A DNA stretch of 64,000 bases. It comes from Paramoeba atlantica. Taxonomy: Eukaryota > Protista > Discosea. This document shows, one piece after another, positions 45,940-56,700 of this stretch. The notes beneath the pieces were generated by a model. That model was not told the DNA's origin, searched no databases, and saw only the letters and a program-made list of their open reading frames with translations. The stretch is from positions 310,001-374,000 of the forward strand of contig CDRNVI010000037.1 in the NCBI GenBank assembly GCA_977017575.1, in the 5' to 3' direction. The first letter of the stretch is position 1, and each line of letters opens with the position of its first letter. Position numbers and translations under genes: made by a program.

Positions 45940-46248
45940 ACTTGCCGCCATTTCTTGTGAAAATACTTCCGTTGGAGCTTTCCACCAAAGTCATTTGGTG
46001 AATTTATCTGTCATGCGTAGAAACATTCGACAAGCCGTCTGGCTTGAGGTCCACAATCAGGCGATTTGAATGTCTTATTCTCCATATTTGCTTATCATTT
46101 TTTCTGCCCAATTCAACATCACTTTCTTTTCATAATTCCAGAACGAACCGCGTAAACTTCAAACGTATCCAAAGTACAGACTCACGCAACTATTTTCAAC
46201 ATCAAATCAAGCCTATTTTCTCCTCCTCTACCTCTCCCCTCCTTCCCC

Positions 46249-48129
46249 ATGTCGGTTCCCTCCCACTCCACCTACCGGTACCTTATGCCGGGCCGATCTC
46301 GATTCGAGAACTGGCGAGGGGTTTTCTACCCTTGTCGTATGTCGCCTCGAGCTCGACTGGAACATCACATCCGTACCACGCGGAGCACGAACGAAAAAAT
46401 CAAAGCCTTCGAGGCGCAACGATCCGCGATCGAGTCCCGAGAAAAACAACACTGGTGGGAAAACGACATGGTCGATGAGACACCCCCTCCATCCGTATCC
46501 CATGAGGAGAAAACCAAAAAAGCCTGGCAGCATTACATTTCCCTATGCGAGTGCAATGATTACGGGTTCCCGGGGTACGCCATGAACCATTTCGATGCGA
46601 TTCTATCGCTCCATGGTGATTTCATGCCCCTACGCAACGGGGGGGATGCCCCTCCGTCTTCTCTACTCCCTCTAACCGCGTTCCCCAGCCTCGTGGAAAG
46701 TTTTCGCGCACGAAAACTCGAGACCTACCTTTGTGAGACCCAGTGCCACTACGACACCACGGAGGCGATTAAAAAAATGGGGGAGTATCAAGGCACCGAA
46801 CGTGTCGACCACGCCAGCTATGTCGTGGAGTGTTGTATGGATTTACTTCGTAGGGAGAGAGGAAGCGGTACTCTCCCCACTCGCTCTACTACCTCGAAAC
46901 TACAAGCTTCACAAGCTTCAAAAACGGAGCTTTCCACCTCTTTTTCTTCTTCTTCTTCCCTGCAAAACAGTAACAACAAAACCCTGCTGCTCCATCTCTT
47001 CAACGCGCTCATGTCGGTGATGCTCTCCGGGGGCTTTGCCAACTGCCAGCGTGTGTTTGCCCAAACCTACGACGCGCTGGGGGTCCAAAAGGTCTGCCCG
47101 AATCTCACTACTTATCTTCACACCATCCGGGCCCTCAGCCTGTGTGGGGAACTCACCCAGGCCCAGTCTCTGTTCCACTGGCTGCGCTCGAAATGCCCCG
47201 AAAATTTATCGTTTACTCTTTTTACTTTAATGTTTGAATGTTACCGGGAGAATAGAAATCCCGAGGCCGCGGATGCGCTGTGGGCGGATTGCGTGGCCTC
47301 GAACGCGTCCTCGAGGCTTTCGTTAGAGGCCGCGGAGCTGTATCTACGGGATATTGTCGATCGGGCCTATACCCCGTTGGCCGGGGATATGGCTTATTAC
47401 GGTCAACCGAATCATGCGGAGATGAAGAAAATTCCGCTTTTGGTGGATACGCTTCGGGAAAATGGTCTTCCTCCGGAATTCCTCTCTCCGGTGGTTAAAT
47501 TTCATATCAACGACGCGTTGATTTGTTACCGTATCCCGGAGGGGAGGAAGTACGCCTGGGCGCGATCAAAGTCTCAGTTTTCGTTTTTAAACATGAGGCG
47601 CGCGGAGCAGTATGTGGATGACCTTCTGGAGCTCACCAGTGGGGGCGGGATGCGCGGGTTGCCGCAGGAAAAGGACCAAAAAGGGAGTAGCGGGATTGGA
47701 CCGTATTATGGCCGTCATGGGGGAAAGAAGACCTGGGAGAGTACCCCGGCGGATTCGTTGTTTTACCAGTTTAAGGTGGAGGAACAAAAGAAGGACACCC
47801 GGATGGAGAGTAAGAATACGATTTCCCGGACGGATTTGTATGAGAGGGGTGCGCATTGGATGGCGGAGAGCCCGCAGACACGGTACGATCATTTGTATGC
47901 GCAACATAAGGTTGATTTTCGTCGTCTAGGGGTGAGAAGGCATTTGGACCCGAATGCGGCAGGCTCTGAGGAGGATATGGCCCGGGATGCGGCTGTGGTG
48001 GCCTCGGTGACGAAAATGGGGCAGCGCTTACGCCGGCAAAACCCTCGGATGCGGTCTGAGGGGGGAGGGGGGAGAGGAGATAGGGGAGAAGGGATGAGTG
48101 TGTCCTATTTGGAATTCGAAAAGGATTGA
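46249..48129 (+). CDS. PPR-containing, probably mitochondrial RNA-binding protein, 626 aa
   Basis: Tandem PPR-like units LFNALMSVML.., PNLTTYLHTIRALSLCGELTQAQSLF and LFTLMFECYRENRNPEAADALW. Confidence 0.7.
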   Translation: MSVPSHSTYRYLMPGRSRFENWRGVFYPCRMSPRARLEHHIRTTRSTNEKIKAFEAQRSAIESREKQHWWENDMVDETPPPSVSHEEKTKKAWQHYISLCECNDYGFPGYAMNHFDAILSLHGDFMPLRNGGDAPPSSLLPLTAFPSLVESFRARKLETYLCETQCHYDTTEAIKKMGEYQGTERVDHASYVVECCMDLLRRERGSGTLPTRSTTSKLQASQASKTELSTSFSSSSSLQNSNNKTLLLHLFNALMSVMLSGGFANCQRVFAQTYDALGVQKVCPNLTTYLHTIRALSLCGELTQAQSLFHWLRSKCPENLSFTLFTLMFECYRENRNPEAADALWADCVASNASSRLSLEAAELYLRDIVDRAYTPLAGDMAYYGQPNHAEMKKIPLLVDTLRENGLPPEFLSPVVKFHINDALICYRIPEGRKYAWARSKSQFSFLNMRRAEQYVDDLLELTSGGGMRGLPQEKDQKGSSGIGPYYGRHGGKKTWESTPADSLFYQFKVEEQKKDTRMESKNTISRTDLYERGAHWMAESPQTRYDHLYAQHKVDFRRLGVRRHLDPNAAGSEEDMARDAAVVASVTKMGQRLRRQNPRMRSEGGGGRGDRGEGMSVSYLEFEKD

Positions 48130-48380
48130 AAGAGCGGTGGGGAGGTTAACGACAAGGACTTCGGTTTCGGTGTGTAAAGGTGGCTCATTCTTTTGTTTTT
48201 AATATTTGTCTTTATAATCACTTTCTTTGCGTATTCTGGTTCACTCTTTACACGTTTTGTTTGGCTTCTATCGGTATCATTATCTCCCGTAAATACCATA
48301 AGAAAGACATTTTGTTTATCTGTTACATTTTCTTCCTCTTCCTCTACCCTTGAATAGCGGGTAGGGTTTCACACATTCAT

Positions 48381-48851
48381 ATGTCGGAAGATCCGAAAAA
48401 AACGTCCCACATTGCCAAGCGCAGCCAGCGTGAGCTCACACGAATTCATACCCCTTACTCTGTTGACTTGGCCATTAACACAGACATTCCTTACGTTATT
48501 GTGATTCGCTTTGGTCGTGAAAACACGTCGGACTGCGCAGAAATGGACGAAACACTGCGCCGAATTGTTCATCTAGTACGTAATTTTGCAGAAATTTACG
48601 CCGTTGATATGGATGTCATTTCGGATTTCACTGAGATGTATGAGCTTGAGGATGACGTGAACGTCATGTTTTTTTATCAGAACCGTCACATCCAAGTTGA
48701 TTGCGGCAGTGGGGTACACTCTCGAATTCATTTCCCTATCCATGAGCCACAAGAAATGGTAGATTTGATTGAGATCGTGTTCCGCGGAGCGCAAAAAGGT
48801 CTTGCAAAGGTGGAAAGTGTTCAGCAGTATGCTACACGACATCGCTTTTAG
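48381..48851 (+). CDS. DIM1: DIM1/TXNL4A-like U5 snRNP thioredoxin-fold protein
   Basis: VIRFGRE..CAEMDETL..VRNFAEIYAVD..DFTEMYEL..MFFYQNRHIQVDCGSG..EIVFRGAQKG. Confidence 0.92.
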   Translation: MSEDPKKTSHIAKRSQRELTRIHTPYSVDLAINTDIPYVIVIRFGRENTSDCAEMDETLRRIVHLVRNFAEIYAVDMDVISDFTEMYELEDDVNVMFFYQNRHIQVDCGSGVHSRIHFPIHEPQEMVDLIEIVFRGAQKGLAKVESVQQYATRHRF

Positions 48852-49041
48852 GACTTTCTTCTTTATTTCTTTACCGCGCGACATTTCTCCGCACTTCAAC
48901 ACTGTTCTCCATCTTTCCACGCAACGATTTTTAGAAATCTTTAAAAAACTCATTTTGCTGCACAGTGCACAAATACCTTCCATACAAAATCTAAACGTGC
49001 TAATCTTTCTTTCATATCGTATCTTCTTTTCTTAGTCTTCC

Positions 49042-50226
49042 ATGAGCGGGGTGGGACGCCATCACCATGCCCGACACGTAGTGCAGCAAATGAACGAAAA
49101 GCAGGTCCCCTTACTTCATTCCTCCACAGAGTGCCTTGCTCGGTGTCTCGAGTGCCGCGGAAACAATCTCTGGAAAGTGGAGTACTGGCGCCCAAACGCA
49201 ACAAAGGAAACCAAAAAAACACATTTCTCACCAGATGACGAGGAATATGAAAAAAATAATGATGCATTATTTCCCATCGCGCTCGCAAAGCTTTCTCGAC
49301 GACTGCACAAAGTGATTTGGTTACAACGGGGGGACTTAGTTGTGTTGGAAAGTGTATCGGATGATATTTCACAATCCGGGGTCTCTGCTGAGTGTTGTTC
49401 TGAGGCTCTGAAAGAAACACCCATCTCTGTGAGATCTCGCAATACGAATGTTACATTAGATGCCTCGAATTTTCACTTAAATGGGTCTTCCTTCCATCCT
49501 CCATTCAGTACACAAAGCTGTCATGTTGAAACCGAGTGCAACTCTGAACAAGTAGATGTAGTACGGGAATCTTACTCCAATTCGGATGCAGATCGTTCTA
49601 ATAAGGACAGCAGCAGCGGAAAAAAGCGACGCGCCCGTAACTTTGGTGACTCTGGATTCACATCGAGTTTCGCTGAAACATCTCAGGCTCGCTCTTGTTC
49701 AGTTCTAGCAGAGCATAAACATGATGCGTCGCAGGTTGAGTGTGCATTCTCGAACGGATCTAAGTTCTCCTTTTTTATTACACGCAAGCTTTCGCTTGTT
49801 CAGCGTAAAACATTGCGCAAAGAAGCTATATCCTACCGTACTGACGTGTCTTCTGAAATAAGAGGTTCGGAAGGACAAACAACTTTAAAATACACCTCTT
49901 CTCCGTTCTTGTTGCAGATACAAAAACAAACGCACGCTGTCCCACCTCCATGTGCAGATACACTACCCCATAGTAAATTTATAAGCGCTAGTGCAAATAT
50001 TAACACTTCGCATGACACCGATCTTGGCGTCACATCATTGCTACATTTTCTCAGCCTTGGTTGCTTTGATAATTGTGATAGTCGGACCTTATCACAGGAC
50101 CCTAAGTATCCAACCACGACGCACAATATGTCTTTGCAAATGGGAAACAGGTCCATGGGATGGGATCTGGACACATCATCCTCACCTTCTGAAAATGAAG
50201 AAGAGGACAAAGTGTTTCTTGATTAA
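49042..50226 (+). CDS. eIF1A/EIF1AD-like S1(IF1)-domain protein with long insertions
   Basis: ARCLECRGNNLWKVE...LAKLSRRLHKVIWLQRGDLVVLE. Confidence 0.75.
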   Translation: MSGVGRHHHARHVVQQMNEKQVPLLHSSTECLARCLECRGNNLWKVEYWRPNATKETKKTHFSPDDEEYEKNNDALFPIALAKLSRRLHKVIWLQRGDLVVLESVSDDISQSGVSAECCSEALKETPISVRSRNTNVTLDASNFHLNGSSFHPPFSTQSCHVETECNSEQVDVVRESYSNSDADRSNKDSSSGKKRRARNFGDSGFTSSFAETSQARSCSVLAEHKHDASQVECAFSNGSKFSFFITRKLSLVQRKTLRKEAISYRTDVSSEIRGSEGQTTLKYTSSPFLLQIQKQTHAVPPPCADTLPHSKFISASANINTSHDTDLGVTSLLHFLSLGCFDNCDSRTLSQDPKYPTTTHNMSLQMGNRSMGWDLDTSSSPSENEEEDKVFLD

Positions 50227-50494
50227 TTTAACTGCAACAATGCAATATAAACCCCCCACAGCGAATAAGTCACCCCCCACTTTTTTTTGTACAACGAGGC
50301 TTAGGGGGGTTTCGGCACCACTTTTTGGTTCAAAATTCTAAGATCTCCAAGTTCCTGCTATTTTGAGGTCTCTAAAAATACATCCAATCCAAAAAATATG
50401 ATCGCTAAAATTCATAAACCCCCCCGCGCACATTAGTTACATAGGATTTTGGTAACTAATAGGTCATATGTAACTAATAAGTGATTTTTCAATT

Positions 50495-50790
50495 TTAGGC
50501 TCTTCGTTAAACACGGTCGTAGTTTTCAACGCGAAGCGCGCAGCATGAATGACTTCGCCAAAAGATCATAAATATTCTAAATTTATTCTTTTGGGTGACA
50601 AAGCGCGATTTTTCGGCACAAATTGCGAACTTTTTATCCGACTTTGGGCCGTTTTTGATGCCTTACTAGTAGTGGTAGGAAGCCAATCTTTCGTAAAAAA
50701 CGTCGTAGAATGGTAGCTGAGGTCCCAAACTCTCGAAATACGTTTTAGGAGTCCATTTCGGAAAAACAATATTTTTACTTTTTTTGGCGC
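50495..50790. mobile_element. Dispersed repeat family (copy 3, single hairpin arm), abutting the satellite
   Basis: Starts TTTTAGGCTCTTCGTTAAAC; 50560-50790 aligns with 16820-17045. Confidence 0.7.
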
Positions 50791-50794
50791 AAAC

Positions 50795-53700
50795 TTTTTT
50801 GTAAAGATCGAGTTTTATGTAAAGATCGAGTTTTTTGTAAAGATCGAGTTTTTAGCAAAGATCGAGTGTCTTGTAAAGATCGAGTGTTTCATAAATATCT
50901 TGATTTTAGTAAAGATCGAGTGTTTTGTAAAGATCGAGTTTTTTGTAAAGATCGAGTGTTTTGTAAAGATCGAGTGTTTCGTAAATATCGAGTTTTTAGT
51001 AAAGATCGAGTGTTTTGTAAAGATCGAGTTTTTTGTAAATATCGAGTTTTTTGTAAAGATCGAGTGTTTTGTAAAGATCGAGTTGTTTGTAAAGAGCGAG
51101 TTTTTTGTAAAGATCCAGTTTTATGTAAAGATCGAGTGCTTTGTAAATATCGAGTGTTTCGTAAATATCGAGTTTTTTGTAAAGATCGAGTGTTTTGTAA
51201 AGATCGAATTTTTTGTAAAGATCGAGTTTTTTGTAAAGATCGAGTTTTTAGCAAAGATCGAGTTTTTTGTAAAGATCGAGTTTTTTGTAAAGATCGAATC
51301 ATTTGTAAATATCGAGTGTTTCGTAAATATCGAGTTTTTTGTAAAGATCGAGTGTTTTGTAAAGATCGAGTGTTTTGTAAAGATCGAGTTGTTTGTAAAG
51401 ATCGAGTGTTTTGTAAAGATCCAGTTTTATGTAAAGATCGAATCTTTTGTAAATATCGAGTGTTTCGTAAATATCGAGTTTTTTGTAAAGATCGAGTGTT
51501 TTGTAAAGATCGAATTTTTTGTAAAGATCGAGTGTTTTGTAAAGATCGAGTGTTTTGTAAAGATCGAATCATTTGTAAATATCGAGTGTTTCGTAAATAT
51601 CGAGTTTTTAGTAAAGATGGACCTTTTTGTAGAGATCGAGTTTTTTGTAAAGATCGAGTGTTTTGTAAAGATCGAGTTGTTTGTAAAGATCGAGTTTTTT
51701 GTAAAGATCCAGTTTTATGTAAAGATCGAATCTTTTGTAAATATCGAGTGTTTCGTAAATATCGAGTTTTTTGTAAAGATCGAGTGTTTTGTAAAGATCG
51801 AGTGTTTTGTAAAGATCGAGTTGTTTGTAAAGAGCGAGTTTTTTGTAAAGATCCAGTTTTATGTAAAGATCGAGTGCTTTGTAAATATCGAGTGTTTCGT
51901 AAATATCGAGTTTTTTGTAAAGATCGAGTGTTTTGTAAAGATCGAATTTTTTGTAAAGATCGAGTTTTTTGTAAAGATCGAGTTTTTAGCAAAGATCGAG
52001 TTTTTTGTAAAGATCGAGTTTTTTGTAAAGATCGAATCATTTGTAAATATCGAGTGTTTCGTAAATATCGAGTTTTTTGTAAAGATCGAGTGTTTTGTAA
52101 AGATCGAGTGTTTTGTAAATATCGAGTTTTTTGTAAAGATCGAGTGTTTTGTAAAGATCGAGTGTTTTGTAAAGATCGAATTTTTTGTAAAGATCGAGTG
52201 TTTTGTAAAGATCGAGTGTTTTGTAAAGATCGAATCATTTGTAAATATCGAGTGTTTCGTAAATATCGAGTTTTTAGTAAAGATGGACCCTTTTGTAGAG
52301 ATCGAGTTTTTTGTAAAGATCGAGTGTTTTGTAAAGATCGAGTTGTTTGTAAAGATCGAGTTTTTTGTAAAGATCCAGTTTTATGTAAAGATCGAATCTT
52401 TTGTAAATATCGAGTGTTTCGTAAATATCGAGTTTTTTGTAAAGATCGAGTGTTTTGTAAAGGTCGAATTTTTTTTTAAAGATCGAGTGTTTTGTAAAGA
52501 TCGAGTGTTTTGTAAAGATCGAGTTTTTTGTAAAGATCGAGTTTTTTGTAAAGATCGAATCATTTGTAAATATCGAGTTTTTCGTAAATATCGAGTTTTT
52601 TGTAAAGATCGAGTGTTTTGTAAAGATCGAGTTTTTTGTAAAGATCGAGTTATTTTTTGAAGATCGAGTTTTTAGTAAAGATCGAGTGTTTTGTAAAGAT
52701 CGAGTTGTTTGTAAAGATCGAGTTTTTTGTAAAGATCCAGTTTTATGTAAAGATCGAGTGCTTTGTAAATATCGAGTGTTTTGTAAAGATCGAATTTTTT
52801 GTAAAGATCGAGTTTTTTGTAAAGATCGAGTTTTTAGCAAAGATCGAGTTTTTTGTAAAGATCGAGTTTTTTGTAAAGATCGAATCATTTGTAAATATCG
52901 AGTGTTTCGTAAATATCGAGTTTTTTGTAAAGATCGAGTGTTTTGTAAAGATCGAGTGTTTTGTAAAGATCGAGTTGTTTGTAAAGATCGAGTGTTTTGT
53001 AAAGATCCAGTTTTATGTAAAGATCGAATCTTTTGTAAATATCGAGTGTTTCGTAAATATCGAGTTTTTTGTAAAGATCGAGTGTTTTGTAAAGCTCGAA
53101 TTTTTTGTAAAGATCGAGTGTTTTGTAAAGATCGAATTTTTTGTAAAGATCGAGTGTTTTGTAAAGATCGAGTGTTTTGTAAAGATCGAATCATTTGTAA
53201 ATATCGAGTGTTTCGTAAATATCGAGTTTTTTGTAAAGATCGAGTGTTTTGTAAAGATCGAGTTGTTTGTAAAGATCGAGTTTTTTGTAAAGATCCAGTT
53301 TTATGTAAAGATCGAATCTTTTGTAAATATCGAGTGTTTCGTAAATATCGAGTTTTTTGTAAAGATCGAGTGTTTTGTAAAGGTCGAATTTTTTTTTAAA
53401 GATCGAGTGTTCTGTAATGATCGAGTGTTTTGTAAAGATCGAGTGTTTTGTAAATATCGAGTGTTTTGTAAAGATCGAGTTTTTTGTAAAGATCGAGTTT
53501 TTTGTAAAGATCGAATCATTTGTAAATATCGAGTGTTTCGTAAATATCGAGTTTTTTGTAAAGATCGAGTGTTTTGTAAAGATCGAGTTTTTTGTAAAGA
53601 TCGAGTTATTTTTTGAAGATCGAGTGTTTTGTAAAGATCGAGTGTTTTGTAAAGATCGAGTTGTTTGTAAAGATCGAGTTTTTTGTAAAGATCCAGTTTT

Positions 53701-56700
53701 ATGTAAAGATCGAGTGCTTTGTAAATATCGAGTGTTTCGTAAATATCGAGTGTTTTGTAAAGATCGAATTTTTTGTAAAGATCGAGTTTTTTGTAAAGAT
53801 CGAGTTTTTAGCAAAGATCGAGTTTTTTGTAAAGATCGAGTTTTTTGTAAAGATCGAGTTGTTTGTAAAGATCGAGTTTTTTGTAAAGATCCAGTTTTAT
53901 GTAAAGATCGAATCTTTTGTAAATATCGAGTGTTTCGTAAATATCGAGTTTTTTGTAAAGATCGAGTGTTTTGTAAAGATCGAGTTGTTTGTAAAGATCG
54001 AGTTTTTTGTAAAGATCCAGTTTTATGTAAAGATCGAATCTTTTGTAAATATCGAGTGTTTCGTAAATATCGAGTTTTTTGTAAAGATCGAGTGTTCTGT
54101 AATGATCGAGTGTTTTGTAAAGATCGAGTGTTTTGTAAAGATCGAGTTTTTTGTAAAGATCGAGTTTTTTGTAAAGATCGAATCATTTGTAAATATCGAG
54201 TGTTTCGTAAATATCGAGTTTTTTGTAAAGATCGAGTGTTTTGTAAAGATCGAGTTTTTTGTAAAGATCGAGTTTTTTGTAAAGATCGAATCTTTTGTAA
54301 ATATCGAGTGTTTCGTAAATATCGAGTTTTTTGTAAAGATCGAGTGTTTTGTAAAGATCCAGTTTTATGTAAAGATCGAGTTTTTTGTAAAGATCGAGTG
54401 TTTTGTAAAGATCAAGTTTTTAGTAAAGATCGAGTTTTATGTAAAGATCGAATTTTTAGTAAAGATCGAGTTTTTAGCAAAGATCGAGTTTTTTGTAAAG
54501 ATCGAGTGTTTTGTAAAGATCGAGTGTTTCGTAAATATCGAGTTTTTCGTAAAGATCGAGTTTTTCGTAGAGATCGAGTTTTTAGCAATGATCGAGTTTT
54601 TTGTAAAGATCGAGTGTATTATAAAGATCGAGTTTTTAGCAAAGATCGAGTTTTTTCTAAAGATCGAGTTGTTTGTAAAGATCGAGTGTTTTGTAAAGAT
54701 CCAGTTTTATGTAAAGATCGAGTGTTTTCTAAATATCGAGTGTTTCGTAAATATCGAGTTTTTTGTAAAGATCGAGTGTTTTGTAAAGATCGAGTGTTTT
54801 GTAAAGATCGAGTGTTTTGTAAAGATCGAGTGTTTTGTAAAGATCGAGTGTTTTGTAAAGATCGAGTTTTTTGTAAAGATCGAGTGTTTTGTAAAGCTTG
54901 AATTTTTTGGAAAGCTCGAATTTTCTGGAAAGATCGAGTGTTTTGTAAAGATCGAATCATTTGTAAATATCGAGTGTTTCGTAAATATCGAGTTTTTTGT
55001 AAAGATCATGTGTTTTGTAAAGATCGAGTGTTTTGTAAAGATCGAGTTTTTTGTAAAGATCGAGTGTTTTGTAAAGATCCAGTTTTATGTAAAGATCGAA
55101 TCTTTTGTAAATATCGAGTGTTTCGTAAATATCGAGTTTTTGTAAAGATCGAGTGTTTTGTAAAGCTCGAATTTTTTGTAAAGATCGAGTGTTTTGTAAA
55201 GATCGAATTTTTTGTAAAGATCGAGTGTTTTGTAAAGATCGAGTGTTTTGTAAAGATCGAGTGTTTTGTAAAGATCGAGTTTTTTGTAAAGATCGAATCA
55301 TTTGTAAATATCGAGTGTTTGGTAAATATCGAGTTTTTTGTAAAGATCGAGTGTTTTGTAAAGATCGAGTTTTTTGTAAAGATCGACTTGTTTGTAAAGA
55401 TCGAGTGTTTTGTAAAGATCCAGTTTTATGTAAAGATCGAATCTTTAGTAAATATCGAGTGTTTCGTAAATATCGAGTTTTTAGTAAAGATCGAGTGTTT
55501 TTTAAAGGTCGAATTTTTTGTAAAGATCGAGTGTTTTGTAAAGATCGAGTGTTTTGTAAAGATCGAATTTTTTGTAAAGATCGAGTTTTTTGTTAAGATC
55601 GAGTGTTTTGTAAAGATCGAGTGTTTTGTAAAGATCGAGTTTTTTGTAAATATCGAGTTTTTAGCAAAGATCGAGTTTTTTGTAAAGATCGAGTGTTTTG
55701 TAAAGATCGAGTTTTTAGCAAAGATCGAGTTTTTTGTAAAGATCGAGTTTTTAGCAAAGATCGAGTTTTTTGTAAAGATCGAGTGTTTTATAAAGATCGA
55801 GTTTTTAGCAAAGATCGTGTTTTTTGTAAAGATCGAGTTGTTTGTAAAGATCGAGTGTTTTGTAAAGATCGAGTTTTTTGTAAAGATCGAATCATTTGTA
55901 AATATCGAGTGTTTCGTAAATATCGAGTTTTTTGTAAAGATCGAGTGTTTTGTAAAGATCGAGTTGTTTGTCAAGATCGAGTTTTTTGTAAAGATCCAGT
56001 TTTATGTAAAGATCGAGTGTTTTGTAAATATCGAGTGTTTCGTAAATATCGAGTTTTTTGTAAAGATCGAGTGTTTTGTAAAGATCGAGTTTTTAGCAAA
56101 GATCGAGTTTTTTGTAAAGATCGAGTGTTTAGCAAAGATCGAGTTTTTTGTAAAGATCGAGTGTTTTATAAAGATCGAGTTTTTAGCAAAGATCGAGTTT
56201 TTTGTAAAGATCGAGTGTTTTGTAAAGATCGAGTGTTTCGTAAATATCGAGTTTTTCGTAAAGATCGAGTGTTTTGTAAAGATCGAGTTTTTTGTAAAGA
56301 TCGAGTTTTTAGCAAAGATCGACTTTTTAGCAAAGATCGAGTTTTTTGTAAAGATCGAGTGTTTTGTAAAGATCGAGTGTTTCGTAAATATCGAGTTTTT
56401 CGTAAAGATCGAGTTTTTTGTAGAGATCGAGTTTTTTGTAAAGATCCAGTTTTTAGCAAAGATCGAGTGTTTTGTAAAGATCGAGTTGTTTGTAACGATC
56501 GAGTGTTTTGTAAAGATCCAGTTTTATGTAAAGATCAAATCTTTTTTTTAAATATTGAGTGTTTCGTAAATATCGAGTTTTTTGTAAAGATCGAGTTTTT
56601 AGCAAAGATCGAGTCTTTAGCAAAGATCGAGTTTTTTGTAAAGATCGAGTGTTTTGTAAAGATCGAGTGTTTTGTAAAGGTCGAGTGTTTCGTAAATATC

